This document shows, one piece after another, positions 26,712 through 37,889 of a DNA stretch of 64,000 bases. The DNA comes from Podarcis pityusensis. Taxonomy: Eukaryota. Position numbers and translations under genes: made by a program. The stretch is from NCBI GenBank assembly GCA_964106645.2, contig OZ067047.1, one strand, 5' to 3'. A model generated the notes under the pieces. The model was not told where the DNA came from, did no database searches, and was given only the letters and a program-made list of their open reading frames with translations. Numbering within the stretch: the first letter of the stretch is position 1; each line of letters starts with the position of its first letter.

Positions 26712-27122
26712 TGAGCTGGACCATAAAGAAGGCTGATCGCCGAAGAATTGATGCTTTTGAATTATGGTGCTGGAGGAGACTCTTGAGAGTCCCATGGACT
26801 GCAAGAAGATCAAACCTATCCATTCTTAAGGAAATCAGCCCTGAGTGCTCACTGGAAGGACAGATCGTGAAGCTGAGGCTCAAATACTTTGGCCACCTCA
26901 TGAGAAGAGAAGACTCCCTGGAAAAGACCCTGATGTTGGGAAAGATGGAGGGCACAAGGAGAAGGGAACGACAGAGGACGAGATGGTTGGATAGTGTTCT
27001 CGAAGCTACCAGCATGAGTTTGACTAAACTGCGGGAGGCAGTGGAAGACAGAAGTGCCTGGCGTACTCTCGTCCATGGGGTCACGAAGAATCGGACACGA
27101 CTAAACAACTAAACAACAGCAA
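26712..27122 (+). mobile_element. 5'-truncated BovB/RTE LINE with 11-bp TSD
   Basis: SWTIKKADRRRIDAFELWCWRRLLRVPWTARRSN...HGVTKNRTRL; (AAC)-type tail; ATGGGAGGGGG at 26701-26711 and 27123-27133. Confidence 0.92.
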
Positions 27123-27671
27123 ATGGGAGGGGGAGAGAAGTCAGCAAGTTAAATGCATTCACACATTTAAATATCACTATCTAGGCTCTAAGTTCAATGA
27201 GAACATGGGTCAGTAGCAAAATTCAGTGCTATAATAACAAAGTGGAATAGCATAATAGATAAGACGGTCTCTTTATATAGTACAGATTCAAGAACCATGA
27301 GGAGCAAAACACACTCAACATGTTTAGGCTACCTTTAAATAGTTTTAAACTGCCATAGACCTGTGCAGTTTCATTTTTTAAAAAATGCACTGAACAGGAG
27401 CCCTTTGGCTCTTCAAAGTCAACTGCGAGGGTGGGCATGACTCTTGCAATGATGGAACAAGCTCTCTTGAACGCTACCCATTCTGGCTGATGAAAGCCAG
27501 ATGGGGTGGGGGTGGGGGGCTGATCAGGTCAGCCCAGGGTGTGGAGAACATGCCTGCTGGCCTTAAAAAAAGCAGTGTCACATTCACTCTTGAAGAGGTT
27601 TACAATAAGTACCACCTGGTCATCAATACTTGCTTCTTGGGAAGGTGGTGGCAAAGGAGCTGCAGGATATT

Positions 27672-27780
27672 TTGTTTGTTCATTTGGTTTTGGTTCATTT
27701 GGGTTTTTTTGTTCGTTCATTTGGTTTGTTCATTCATATGGTTTGTTCATTTGGTTCATTTTGTTTGTTCATTTGGTTTT
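27672..27780. repeat. Tandem repeat of TTTGTTCATTTGG-like units, probably the expanded tail of the adjacent L2 fragment
   Basis: Directly visible. Confidence 0.75.
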
Positions 27781-28160
27781 AATTTGTATACCACCCTTCA
27801 TAGATCATAGGGCAGTTTACAGCAAAAAACACAAAATGATAACACAAAATATATAGTGAGAAAAAGAAAACAAACCCATAACGCCCCCTTCCACAAAAAC
27901 ATTTAAAAGGCCATAGATTGTTTAATCAGCCAATGGTCTGGTTACAGAGAAACGTTTTTATCAGGCACCTAAAAGTATGTAAAGAAGGCACCAGATGAGC
28001 CTCCTGGGAACAGCATTCCACAAACAGGGAGCCACCGCAGAAAAGGCCTGTCCTTGTGTTGCCACCCTCCAGACCTCTCATGGAAGAAGCACACGAAGAA
28101 GGGCTTCAGATGATGTTAGCATGGTTTGAGTCGGTTCATATGGGGAGAAGCAGTCCTTGA
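27781..28160 (-). mobile_element. L2-like LINE 3' fragment
   Basis: cagcattccacaaacagggagccaccgcagaaaaggcc, the reverse of the RAFSAVAP.LWN motif. Confidence 0.6.
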
Positions 28161-31100
28161 ATACAAACTATCAGGATCCAGTTCTATCTGGAATCAGGCT
28201 TGGTTTGGTGACTAAATCAGCCTGTGTTGCCCTGATGACCTGTACCAAGAACAGGGCAAGGAGAATACATCTCTGGCTCTTGCTTTTCAATCTGCTGAAA
28301 ATTTTTGATACCACCGACAGCAGTATCCTCCTGCCTCCTGGACTAGTTCTGTGAAGTGGTTACTGGAGTCTTCCTGAACTTAATGGGATTTCCTCCTGAG
28401 CAAACATCCATAATATTGGGATGAAAATCTCAAATAACGAGGTTCTTAATGAATGAATTCTAGAACTTAAACATAAAGCCTAACATTTTAAGAGAGATGT
28501 GTTATTTTAAGATATGATTCTATGATTCTGTGTATATATTAGGTTGTCCATAAATAAAACCTATTGTCTACATGAACAATTGAAGATAACTTCATACAAT
28601 TATCTAAACCTTGGAATCACTGAAATCACTCCAATTATCTGAATCTACCTTATTTTCCACACATTGTGGAAAGCAGCACTCTTATATGGAAATTCTGGGC
28701 AATATCGAAGTCACTGAACCAATTAATGCTGAATTGTACCAAACAACCCTATAGGAAATACAGAAAAACCTGTATCACCATAAGAGCTATGAAACAAAAA
28801 TGCTAGTCCCATATAATGTACTCAGGCCAAGTTTGGACATTGTGCTGAACCAGGCATGGGGAACCTGTGGCACTCCAGATATTGCTAGACTACAACACTC
28901 ATCATCCTTTACCATTAACCACGATAGCTTGGACTGATGCGAGTTGACAGTCCAGCTACTTTGGAGAGGCATAAATTCCACACTCCTACACTATACTGTA
29001 GCTTAAGTGACACGAACAAGCTTAGGTGAGCCTTAGTCTCACACATACATGATCTCTCGCCTCCTGAGAGCAGTCAGATGCTTCCACTTCTTCATTATTT
29101 GTCACTTCATCCAGATCAACAAACTGCTTAATGAGAACTATGAGCCAACTTGTTTCAAGGAACATTAATGTTTACCAGATTGGATGGAACAAACTAGTAC
29201 AGCCAAAGCTTTCAAACCTCTGCCCAGCTGAGTGAGAGAAGAGGAGAATGCAAGCCTGAGGCTCACCTAGGCTCATTCACTTCATGCTAAACTATGGTTT
29301 AGCATGACGTTCAAAAACAGCTTCCATGCAGAGGTTTGAAAGGTTAAAAAAGATGCAGGAAACTCAAGGACAGTTTGTCCTTTAACAAGTACCAAACTCC
29401 AAAACAACTTGTATCCATTCATGGTTAAGTATTTAGTGTAGCCCTGGGAGATTAGCAATAAACCTGGATCTTTTACACACATTTGTATGGAAATACAGGA
29501 GGCCAGCATACCTAACGTTTTAGCCCCAGGAGCTCTGCATACTTCTGAAGTAGCTTGGAAGTTGTATTACTCACTGTATTCACAAAGGATTAAAATAAAT
29601 TACTTTTGCCTGTACAGTTACAAGTCTGATTTCTGATCTTCAGATCTTTGCTGTTTGACATACAAACTCATGCAGAGAGGCAAGACAAAGTAAAGGGGAA
29701 ACAATAACTATCCTGATTTCTGCAGCTGCATTACTGGTAGTTTTGTCTTGCTTTTGGTTCTCTTTATTTAGCTCATGCGAATAATGAAGTTGGTTTCCCT
29801 TAAACTGTTTCTGCTGAACTTTAATAGCTTTTTGCCCTGCTCAGTTGCAAACCCAATAGAATCATTCCCTATTTCAGGAACGTTACAGAAACACTATTTC
29901 CTATGAATGAATTTAAAAGGCAAAAGTGAAATGAAATGGATTATAGTCTCTGATTCTCTTTTCTAACTTGACCCTTCATGTTGTGGGTTACCGGTATGCC
30001 TAAATCTGCAATGTGTATGCCACCCTGAACCGAATTTGGCCTGCATACAAGGCTTGATCTTCCTCTTTCTAACTTGGCCCAGTATACCAAAGCTTTCCCT
30101 CTGCTCTGCACAATCACACTCACTTATTATTATTAATCACCCACCCTTCCCCCTAAGGTCCCACAGTATGTCCAAATTTATACCACTTTAGTGCACATTT
30201 CATAGCCCTCTGATGAGGGTGACAAGGGAAATTCCATTCTAGGATGAAGGTGGGGAGGGGGTGGGGAGTCAAACCCCTAGGCAACCCCACCATCAAAACA
30301 AGATGCTGCTCACGGCTGCCTGGAGTCACCAACATAAGAGACACCAAATTTCAGAGTTAAAATTTCAGTACTACAAAACATCAGCTAAAAGAAAAAATAC
30401 AAACAGAAACTTTAATAATAAAGTTCACTGCATTCTATTCAGTTTATTATTTTAAAAGGTAGGCTTGCACACAGTGTCATCAGCGTGAATGGTGCTTTAC
30501 AGAGAAAAAAGACAGCTGGTCCCTGCCCAAAAAGTTTAAAATCCTACACAAGCAAAACAATAGAGGAAGGAAGTAGAAAAATGTATTCAATTCATTTGCA
30601 CTTAGGCTTAGCTTCCACAGATAATGTGATTGTGCCAAAGGCTTCATAGAAAAGGTGGACTTTTGAGAACGAGTTTGGGGGGTGGGGGATGCAACATCCT
30701 ATAGGTGGCTCAGGGAGGCAGCTGCAGTGAAGTCACCAACAAGGAAGAAAAGGCCAGAATAATTCAAAGGCTCTGTTTGCAAAGGAGCGCATGTCCCATC
30801 CAGGCCTAGGTGAGACCAGCTGACTAGCCTTAACTCCCACCTCCTTTGTGACTGAACTGGAAAAAAATCTGTTTTTTTCATAGTATTTTTTAATACTATG
30901 AGTTACTATCAAAAGGCACTGTTTATTGAACTGAACTGAACTGAACACAGGCTGAAACCCGCATCCATTTTCATTAAGTTCTCCCCAAAGTTTCTTAATT
31001 GTGGAGACACACTATTTCCCCCTGAATATGAGAGGCACACTTTGCTACTGAACTCGGAAAGCTTTCCTATTCATGTGCAAGGCTATGAATTTGCCACACT

Positions 31101-31323
31101 TGAAGAAGGCCATCTCCTGGGTATTTCTGCTCGAGTCACTGTTCTAAGGAGTGCAAGTTTAGAAAAATGAGTCATGCAGATGCACATCAGCGAGGCTTCT
31201 ATGTGGTGGGTAGTTTTCTCCATTTTGGTTCCCAACAATTTGCGGGGGAACATGGGGTGGAAACCAGCCCCATGCAGAGCTTATCTGAGGTCTGGGGTGG
31301 GAGTCTTGTTATAGTTATAAACT

Positions 31324-31324
<1 letters not shown>

Positions 31325-31361
<37 letters not shown>
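31325..31361. repeat. Poly(A) run, about 37 nt
   Basis: Directly visible. Confidence 0.9.
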
Positions 31362-31362
<1 letters not shown>

Positions 31363-32215
31363 CAGCTGGTCCTGGGTTGCCCCCCTGGTCAGCTTAGCCC
31401 TCCAGGGCCCAGAGAAAGTGTACCCAGCTGCCTTCCCCCATCTTCATGGACCTGGTGGAAACACTTGGGCTCAATCTCAGCTACATTACAATCTTGGATT
31501 TTACTAATGCTTTTTATAGCCACTGAATTCTCCCTGGGTGTTGTTTTTGGGAGGGGAGCTTCTTCCCACCACTTATTTTTTGCACCCCCACAAACCTCAA
31601 GCTTACCCCAGTCTGTTTATCCCTCATATGAAGGTGGTAGCTTCAGCTATATTTGTGCAAGCATGCTAAGACTTGAAACAGAAATAAGGATATTTCCACT
31701 GGAAACCAACGGAAAATAATATTTCCTTGAATGGTAGGGCAAAAGTATTTTAAACTTTTACTTACAGCTTGTATAAACAAGTATTTAGAATCCTAGTTAA
31801 GCAACACATGCCTATAATTCTTTCATTCTGTAACATATTTGTTCAGATCAAGAGCTAATGTTCAAGTTAATGTTTTGTAATGAAGAAAAAACTGACAGGG
31901 TCAAAAGATTTCCACCAATATCCAATTTTAGTTTGGTACAGTACCTGGTTACGCAACTTTTCCTGAATGAATGCCAATGAACAGTAGGATTAAAGAACTG
32001 ATTTCTACCTGAGCTTTAAGTGTGGGCTGTGGCTCTTCCTTTTTGTAGCATTCAACCTCTTGCATTTCATGTAGAGCTAGGAAAGAGAGCATCTACATTT
32101 TCCCAAGTGTGTGCTTTCTTTTCTTTTTCTCTCCTGCAAAGCTACCCATCCTCTATCACTGAAGGAAGACATCTTTTGTTAGCTGTGGTAGGAGCTCTAC
32201 AATTGTAGATGGTTA

Positions 32216-32386
<171 letters not shown>

Positions 32387-32453
32387 TTAAATTAAAAGAA
32401 CGATTCAGACTCTAAATGTCTCAAAGCGAGCAGAGGCTGCTGGCGTTACTCAC

Positions 32454-32478
32454 CGCAGAAGGGAGTAGATGGGTAGAC
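32454..32478 (-). other. WNK1: Candidate 25-nt microexon in intron 3 (phase 0-1, VYPSTPFC-G joining GTPEF)
   Basis: About 40 nt of polypyrimidine ending tctcacag|GTCTACCCATCTACTCCCTTCTGCG|gtgagt; 68 nt upstream of exon 4. Confidence 0.65.
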
Positions 32479-32779
32479 CTGTGAGAAAAGAAGAAGTGGA
32501 AGCAAAAAGAAGAGGGAGGAGACCCTCAGTCACTCTGTTTCATCAACGTATCCCATGGGTCTTCCATTGCAAGGCCTTTGCAAGAAGTGAGAAACCAACA
32601 GTTAAAGGTTTTTATGTTCACCATTTATATATATATTATAATGGAACAGAATCAGGGGGAACATGTGAAGATTTTAGTCATAATGGTATATGATTGAATC
32701 CCAGGTTGAAGATAAACGGAGAAAAATAAAGTAAGAGACTAGCTAGACTACAAACCAAATACTTGTTAGACACACTTAC

Positions 32780-32839
32780 CTTTCCTCCTTGTGAGAAAGG
32801 AGGTATGAGGCTTGTTTCAGCATCCCTGCCTGCCCTCTG
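32780..32839 (-). other. WNK1: Candidate 60-nt cassette exon in intron 3 (NAGNAG acceptor; phase-0 reading QRAGRDAETSLIPPFSQGGK)
   Basis: ttttttacag|CAG|AGG...GGAAAG|gtaagt; consensus donor. Confidence 0.65.
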
Positions 32840-33035
32840 CTGTAAAAAATTAGTACTGGAAAGAGTCCACAGCTAGTCTCTGACCCGTAACACTCCATTT
32901 ACTTCTGTTTAGTGTCACTTTAAACAAAGCCTTGCAATGAAAAACCCTGTGTTTATGAATAAAGGTTTCTTAAAAATTAATTTTTCAAAAATGTTCTGCA
33001 AAGGCCACTCACCAGAGCCCTTTTTACATACTTAC

Positions 33036-33096
33036 CATTTCACCTGCAGTACATTTTATAGGCCTACTGCAGATACAGGAAATAGTGAGGGACATC
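33036..33096 (-). other. WNK1: Candidate 61-nt cassette exon in intron 3 (an alternative donor at 33012 gives 84 nt)
   Basis: atttttgcctgtag|GATGTC...GAAATG|gtaagt, with a second strong donor CTG|gtgagt 23 nt downstream. Confidence 0.6.
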
Positions 33097-33286
33097 CTAC
33101 AGGCAAAAATACTCAGAAATATAGAGAGATTGAGTTATAGGCACAGAGGGCGAGATTCAATAAATCCTAATTTTAAAATCAATTTGTAGGAGGTGTATTA
33201 TCCCTGATGTATCAAACCAATGCACCCTTCCATTTCACAGAAATCTGCACTATATGAATCAGAGATATGTAAGAGCCAGAAATTAC

Positions 33287-33307
33287 CAATAAGCAGAGAA
33301 TTATTTC
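33287..33307 (-). other. WNK1: Candidate 21-nt microexon in intron 3 (phase 1-1, GNNSLLI)
   Basis: ctggtttgtttgcag|GAAATAATTCTCTGCTTATTG|gtaatt; open in the exon 3 frame; donor only moderate. Confidence 0.45.
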
Positions 33308-34201
33308 CTGCAAACAAACCAGATTGTATGCAAATTTACCAATCAATCACTTTTTACTTCCCTATCCATCTACCCATAATTCAGTGGTGTTCTAGCCTTA
33401 ACTGAAAGGGAGCATATTAATTCAGTTGTTCAAAAAAGTCAGAATATGGCAGTTTTCCAATTGAAAGTTGATCATAACATATGGAAAAGAGACTGCTATG
33501 TTAAGGAAGTTGGTCATTTCCCACTGAATATTCTCCCCTTTCCACTAACATTAATTGTTTCTAGACTGGCTGGAAAGCAGGAAATGTTTCATTGTCACAA
33601 AGGCCAAGATATTTGCAAATGTAAATTTGTATTGTTAAAATCAGGTATTACAACTTCTGAAAACAGAACTTCAGAAATAGCTGTAGATTGCATTCTAAAA
33701 ACACACACTAGCAGATGCAGACTAAAAAGGACTATCTTTTCCCTTGTTAGCTTGCATCCTTCACAAAACAAATAGCAGAACAGAGCTGTTAAAACCAATT
33801 ATCTGGTCATAGTTTCAGACCAGCTGACAAAGCTATTGTAGGGTACTTAAATGCAGCAGCCCAGAAATTTTAGGTATAAGGCAGAGGTTTGTATTTTTTT
33901 AAAAAAGAATTTTCATTAAAAACTCTGTGCTTCCCCTTAATCCCAGTTCAGAACAGTTATTTCAAAGGATGGAAATACTTTGGTTTTATCAAGTGTTCTG
34001 CTAAGTGAAAGAGCCTACACACCTTGAGAAGATTCTTTAGGAGAATACTAATATCAGGGACCCATATTTTATGAGACCTAAAACTCTAGAATTTTCAGGG
34101 ATGAAGCTTTTTTCATTTCCTTTTTTTGCTTTGTGAGAATTGGAAAATTCTATTAGGCAAATTTTCAAGTAAGAACTGCTAAAACAAAACCAGAAGCTTA
34201 C

Positions 34202-34422
34202 CTATCACACTCTTGGCAAAGGAAGCCCGCTTCAAGGTTGCCAGACCCAAGTCTCCTATCTTGACTGATCCTGTAGGGCCAGTAATAAAGATGTTGTCAC
34301 ACTTCAAGTCACGGTGGATAATGGGAGGAGTACGCGTGTGCAAGAACTGCAAACCCTTCAGTATTTGCCGGCACCAGCTTCGCAGTACTTTGATTTTCAT
34401 CACTTTAAACCTTTTTAAGTAC
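34202..34422 (-). CDS. WNK1: WNK1 exon 3 (221 nt): YLKRFKVMK...[15 protein letters not shown]...[19 protein letters not shown]
   Basis: Acceptor ctag|GTAC and donor ATAG|gtaagc. Contains the HRDLKCDN catalytic loop, the DLG motif and the activation-loop serine (S382 equivalent). Lies in ORF 34179..34580. Confidence 0.98.
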
Positions 34423-35454
34423 CTAGGGAAAGAGCCACAGGAATAAAAATAAGCTTCAAGCTTCATCTTGAAGTCCATGCTGTTGGGATGCCACAAGTGA
34501 ACTACAAACATCAAACAAACAGATCGTAACAAAAGCAGGCTTCGTATGAGCCAAACTCCACACCTCCAGAAAAAGAACATAGGGCAAAGAGAAGTACTGG
34601 GAGTACTGAAAACCAGTCTTCCTTTTCAGAGGTAATAGAAACTGCACAGCAGTGCTCCTTCACAAAAAGAATAACTACACCTGCAGCATTTATATAAATC
34701 AATAAAGTGAACTGATTGGCTCATGAGTTAGAATCCAGGGGCCACCAATCTTTCTGAATCTGTGGGCACATTTTAAATTTTGAGTGTGTGGTATAGGAGC
34801 AACCCACCTCTGGTGCTTTTCCTTAACTCCCTTCTCCAGAAAATACATGCATGTGCACATGCTCACATAAGCACAAACTCCCTCTCTTTCATATTCTTTG
34901 GGTTCTGGGTAAAAGTTGAGATTCAGTAGAATTAAAACAAATATTTTTTAGTGTGCATGATTTTATATGAGGTTCCCTTGCACCAGTAATGCATTTTTAG
35001 TAGTAGGTTGCACAGTAAAAATCACAGTGACAGTGCTTGCCAGCACCACAAAAACATGCCCAAAGCACAGATTCCCATGTATCTTCATGATTTTTACATA
35101 ACATGACAACAAAGTCACCATCAAATCACAGAACACATCTGTGACACAGGTGGACTATGATTTGACAATACTCTTGAGGTGAACCATGCACAAATTATGA
35201 GGTTCCATAAGGATTGACACCTCAGATTTACGTTGCTGCTCAATAGTAGCTCTGAAAGTCAATGAAGGCAGATATGATCTGTTATTTGATTTTGAGGGGC
35301 GCAAGGAGTAAATAATCTCTGAAACAATAAATGCGATTTCAAGAAGATCTGTTTTACTGGATCCATGTGTGCACACATGCTTTTTCTCTACTGACCTTGG
35401 CAACTCTTCTTTCTCTGCTGGCCATTCTTCATTCATCCCCTCAGTATCCTAGAA

Positions 35455-35691
35455 CAGGCATGCCCAACTCCCAAGTGACTGCGATCTACTCCCAGTATAA
35501 AAAAACTGGCAGCGATCTATCCATTGTCAGCTTTCTTTGGGAGGGAGTGGCAAGAGTTGTTGAGCTCTTTTTGAGGAGGCTTCATCAGAGTTGTTGGGCT
35601 TGCGGGGGGGGGGCGGGTTGTGATTCCACAATCGACCAGGGACAGCCCACAGTCAACCAGTAGGTAGCAATTGTCTGGTTGGACATGCCTG
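35455..35691. mobile_element. hAT-like MITE with 8-bp TSD
   Basis: TIRs caggcatgcccaac / gttggacatgcctg; TCCTAGAA on both flanks. Confidence 0.8.
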
Positions 35692-37889
35692 TCCTAGAAG
35701 ATCATTATTCCCCTTTCTTTCCTTTCCTCCTAATTACTCCACTTTCTAATCAGTTGCCTGAAGTCTTGAAAAGCACATAGGAAAACTCTTCCTTCGTCCT
35801 GTTTCATCTTTATATGTTTTTCAAAAAGAGGGCAAAATAAGCACATTCACTACCTCAAAGCAGTTTCTCTTTTTCATAGGAAACTAAAATAATTTTAAGT
35901 ATCCATTCAGTTTTCTGCACATGCTGTAATAATTTTTTTGTCTTTTTAAGCAATTAGCTTTACATCAATTCATTTTGCTTAAAACCTAGCTGTTACACTT
36001 CCTGCAAATGCTCCATTTTCAAGAGACTTCAGAAGTGATACCAGCTTAGGATAATATTTGAAAAGTCAGCATCCCTGGCAGGAAATGTTGGGGCCCAAAG
36101 CCTTTAAGAGAAGAGAATTGGCAACGGACAAGTACGTTTTAAGAGCCAAGAATGTAAGCAAAGACACTATAGCTGAGCCAAATTGCCTCTCTTAAGATGT
36201 ATCTTGTGCAATGGGCACAAAAACCTGACTGATATTATGTGAGCAGCAAAATACTCAAAGGGTATCTCAGCCAAGAAATCAAATCAGAACATGTACCCCA
36301 GCAGTTTCCTCTCCCAGTCTCCCATGAGCCCTTCATACTCATACTTTCCTTCTAATATCCTCCTCTTCTCAACTCTTATTCCAAGCTGAACTCCAATTTC
36401 CCTCTGAAACCATCTCTCAAATGCTTTTTACAGGGCAGTTTTCACACCAGGATTAATGTTTGAAATGTGATTTCAAAGTCCCTCCTTTTGAACTACAGAA
36501 ATTGTAGCAATGGGGATTAGTATCAATCATCCAGAACTGGCAGCTGTCCAAATTATTCTATCAAGACATGCTCTTACAATGAAGTGGATAAGCAGAGATC
36601 AGAACATGCACTGAATTGTTGTGGAATAATCACGATAAGCATCTATTGTAAGATCATATAATAATGGCATCCAAGCTAGTCACAGAATCCCAAACACCTG
36701 TCATGGGGGGTGACATGGGAAGCAACCTTTGAACGTTGAACGTTACATGGAAAGGAGGAAGCCTGTCAATATAGAGGAAAGGTTTATGGGGGGAAGGGGT
36801 ATTGCTAAAGGCTGAACTAAGAAATTAAATTATTTTCCTGGAAGCTAACTGGGGTATAATGAGGTTTGTTCACAGGACAATGGGCTTGTCAAGGCACACA
36901 AAAATAACTTTTCCCACCAGATTTTCGAGGAGGAGCAAAATGCTTCTGGAAGCACTGGCACCTCACTCACATTTAGATAAAGGGTAGTGGGGAGAGAATC
37001 GCAATACAGAATATGCCAACTAAAAATACGTTTCTAAAATTCTTAAAATTAGTGCAGATATTGTCATTGGACAGGATCAAGGTCTCAAGGAGAACATAAA
37101 AATCTTTTCATTTGTTAGCTTAATTACCATCAGTCAAGTAAAGGCAAGTTTACACTGTAACCAAGGCTTCCTGGCTGAGCTCCTTCATTTAATGTTTCAA
37201 TAGCTAAGTGGTTGCTACAGTGACATCATAGCTGTCATTCACTTTCCAACAAAAACTTCTTTTCATTCTGAGTTGACATTCTGCAGTTATGCTCCTTCCC
37301 CCATTTCACCCAGGGAAAGCAACAATGAACCAAAGCACTGTTCTGAATTTGAAAGCAGTGCATACCAGTACTGGCTAATTCTGTTAAAACAGATTGGCAG
37401 GTAAGGTAGTATCATATGTTGCAGCAAACGAAAATGAGCTTACAGGTCACTGAAATCTATCAGAGGAAGTGAAATAGCATCTGTAATTCAATTTATGTGG
37501 GTGACATGTGGCTTTTAATTCAAATGTTTTAGTCACTTCCAAGTGTCCTTGTAAATCTTTTAAATACTTGCTGTAACTAAATGCATTTCCATTTCTAGCC
37601 ACCTCTGAAATGCTGAGTATCATCTACTTTCCCATTTGTCCTGAACTTCTGTAACATAAATACTACCTTATCAAAACTTGCAAAAACAATAAACCATTTC
37701 CTAGGACTAACACAGCAACAACCTTCTAGGCTCATGAAGATCTAACATGCAGCCCACTCCCAGAATGAAAGCTCCGCAGCTGTCAGAGAGGTTGAGGGTC
37801 TCAGGGAAGGAGGTTTGCTCTGAGGTAGAGGGAAATAATACAATAGAAGGAACCCATTCCTTGGATGAGCTGGTATCCTCTTGTGCCAA

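Noticed and set aside
26513-27112. 199-aa plus-strand and 190-aa minus-strand ORFs as genes
   Set aside because: They are a truncated BovB/RTE fragment fused to flanking sequence, and its antisense shadow.
27672-27780. Short tandem units as a CRISPR-like array
   Set aside because: Eukaryotic minisatellite with no unique spacers.
32533-32930. Extra 42-nt and 28-nt pseudo-exons with AAG acceptors
   Set aside because: Weak sites with implied introns of only about 55-62 nt; the sequences are better explained as the duplex arms.
33340-33800. Further acceptor-like sites in intron 3, e.g. a 28-nt unit from 33401 or a 20-nt unit from about 33569, that could restore the frame of the exon cluster
   Set aside because: The donors are weak (TGG|gtagat, AAT|gttagt), and such acceptors are common in AT-rich introns. 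Not supportable without reads.
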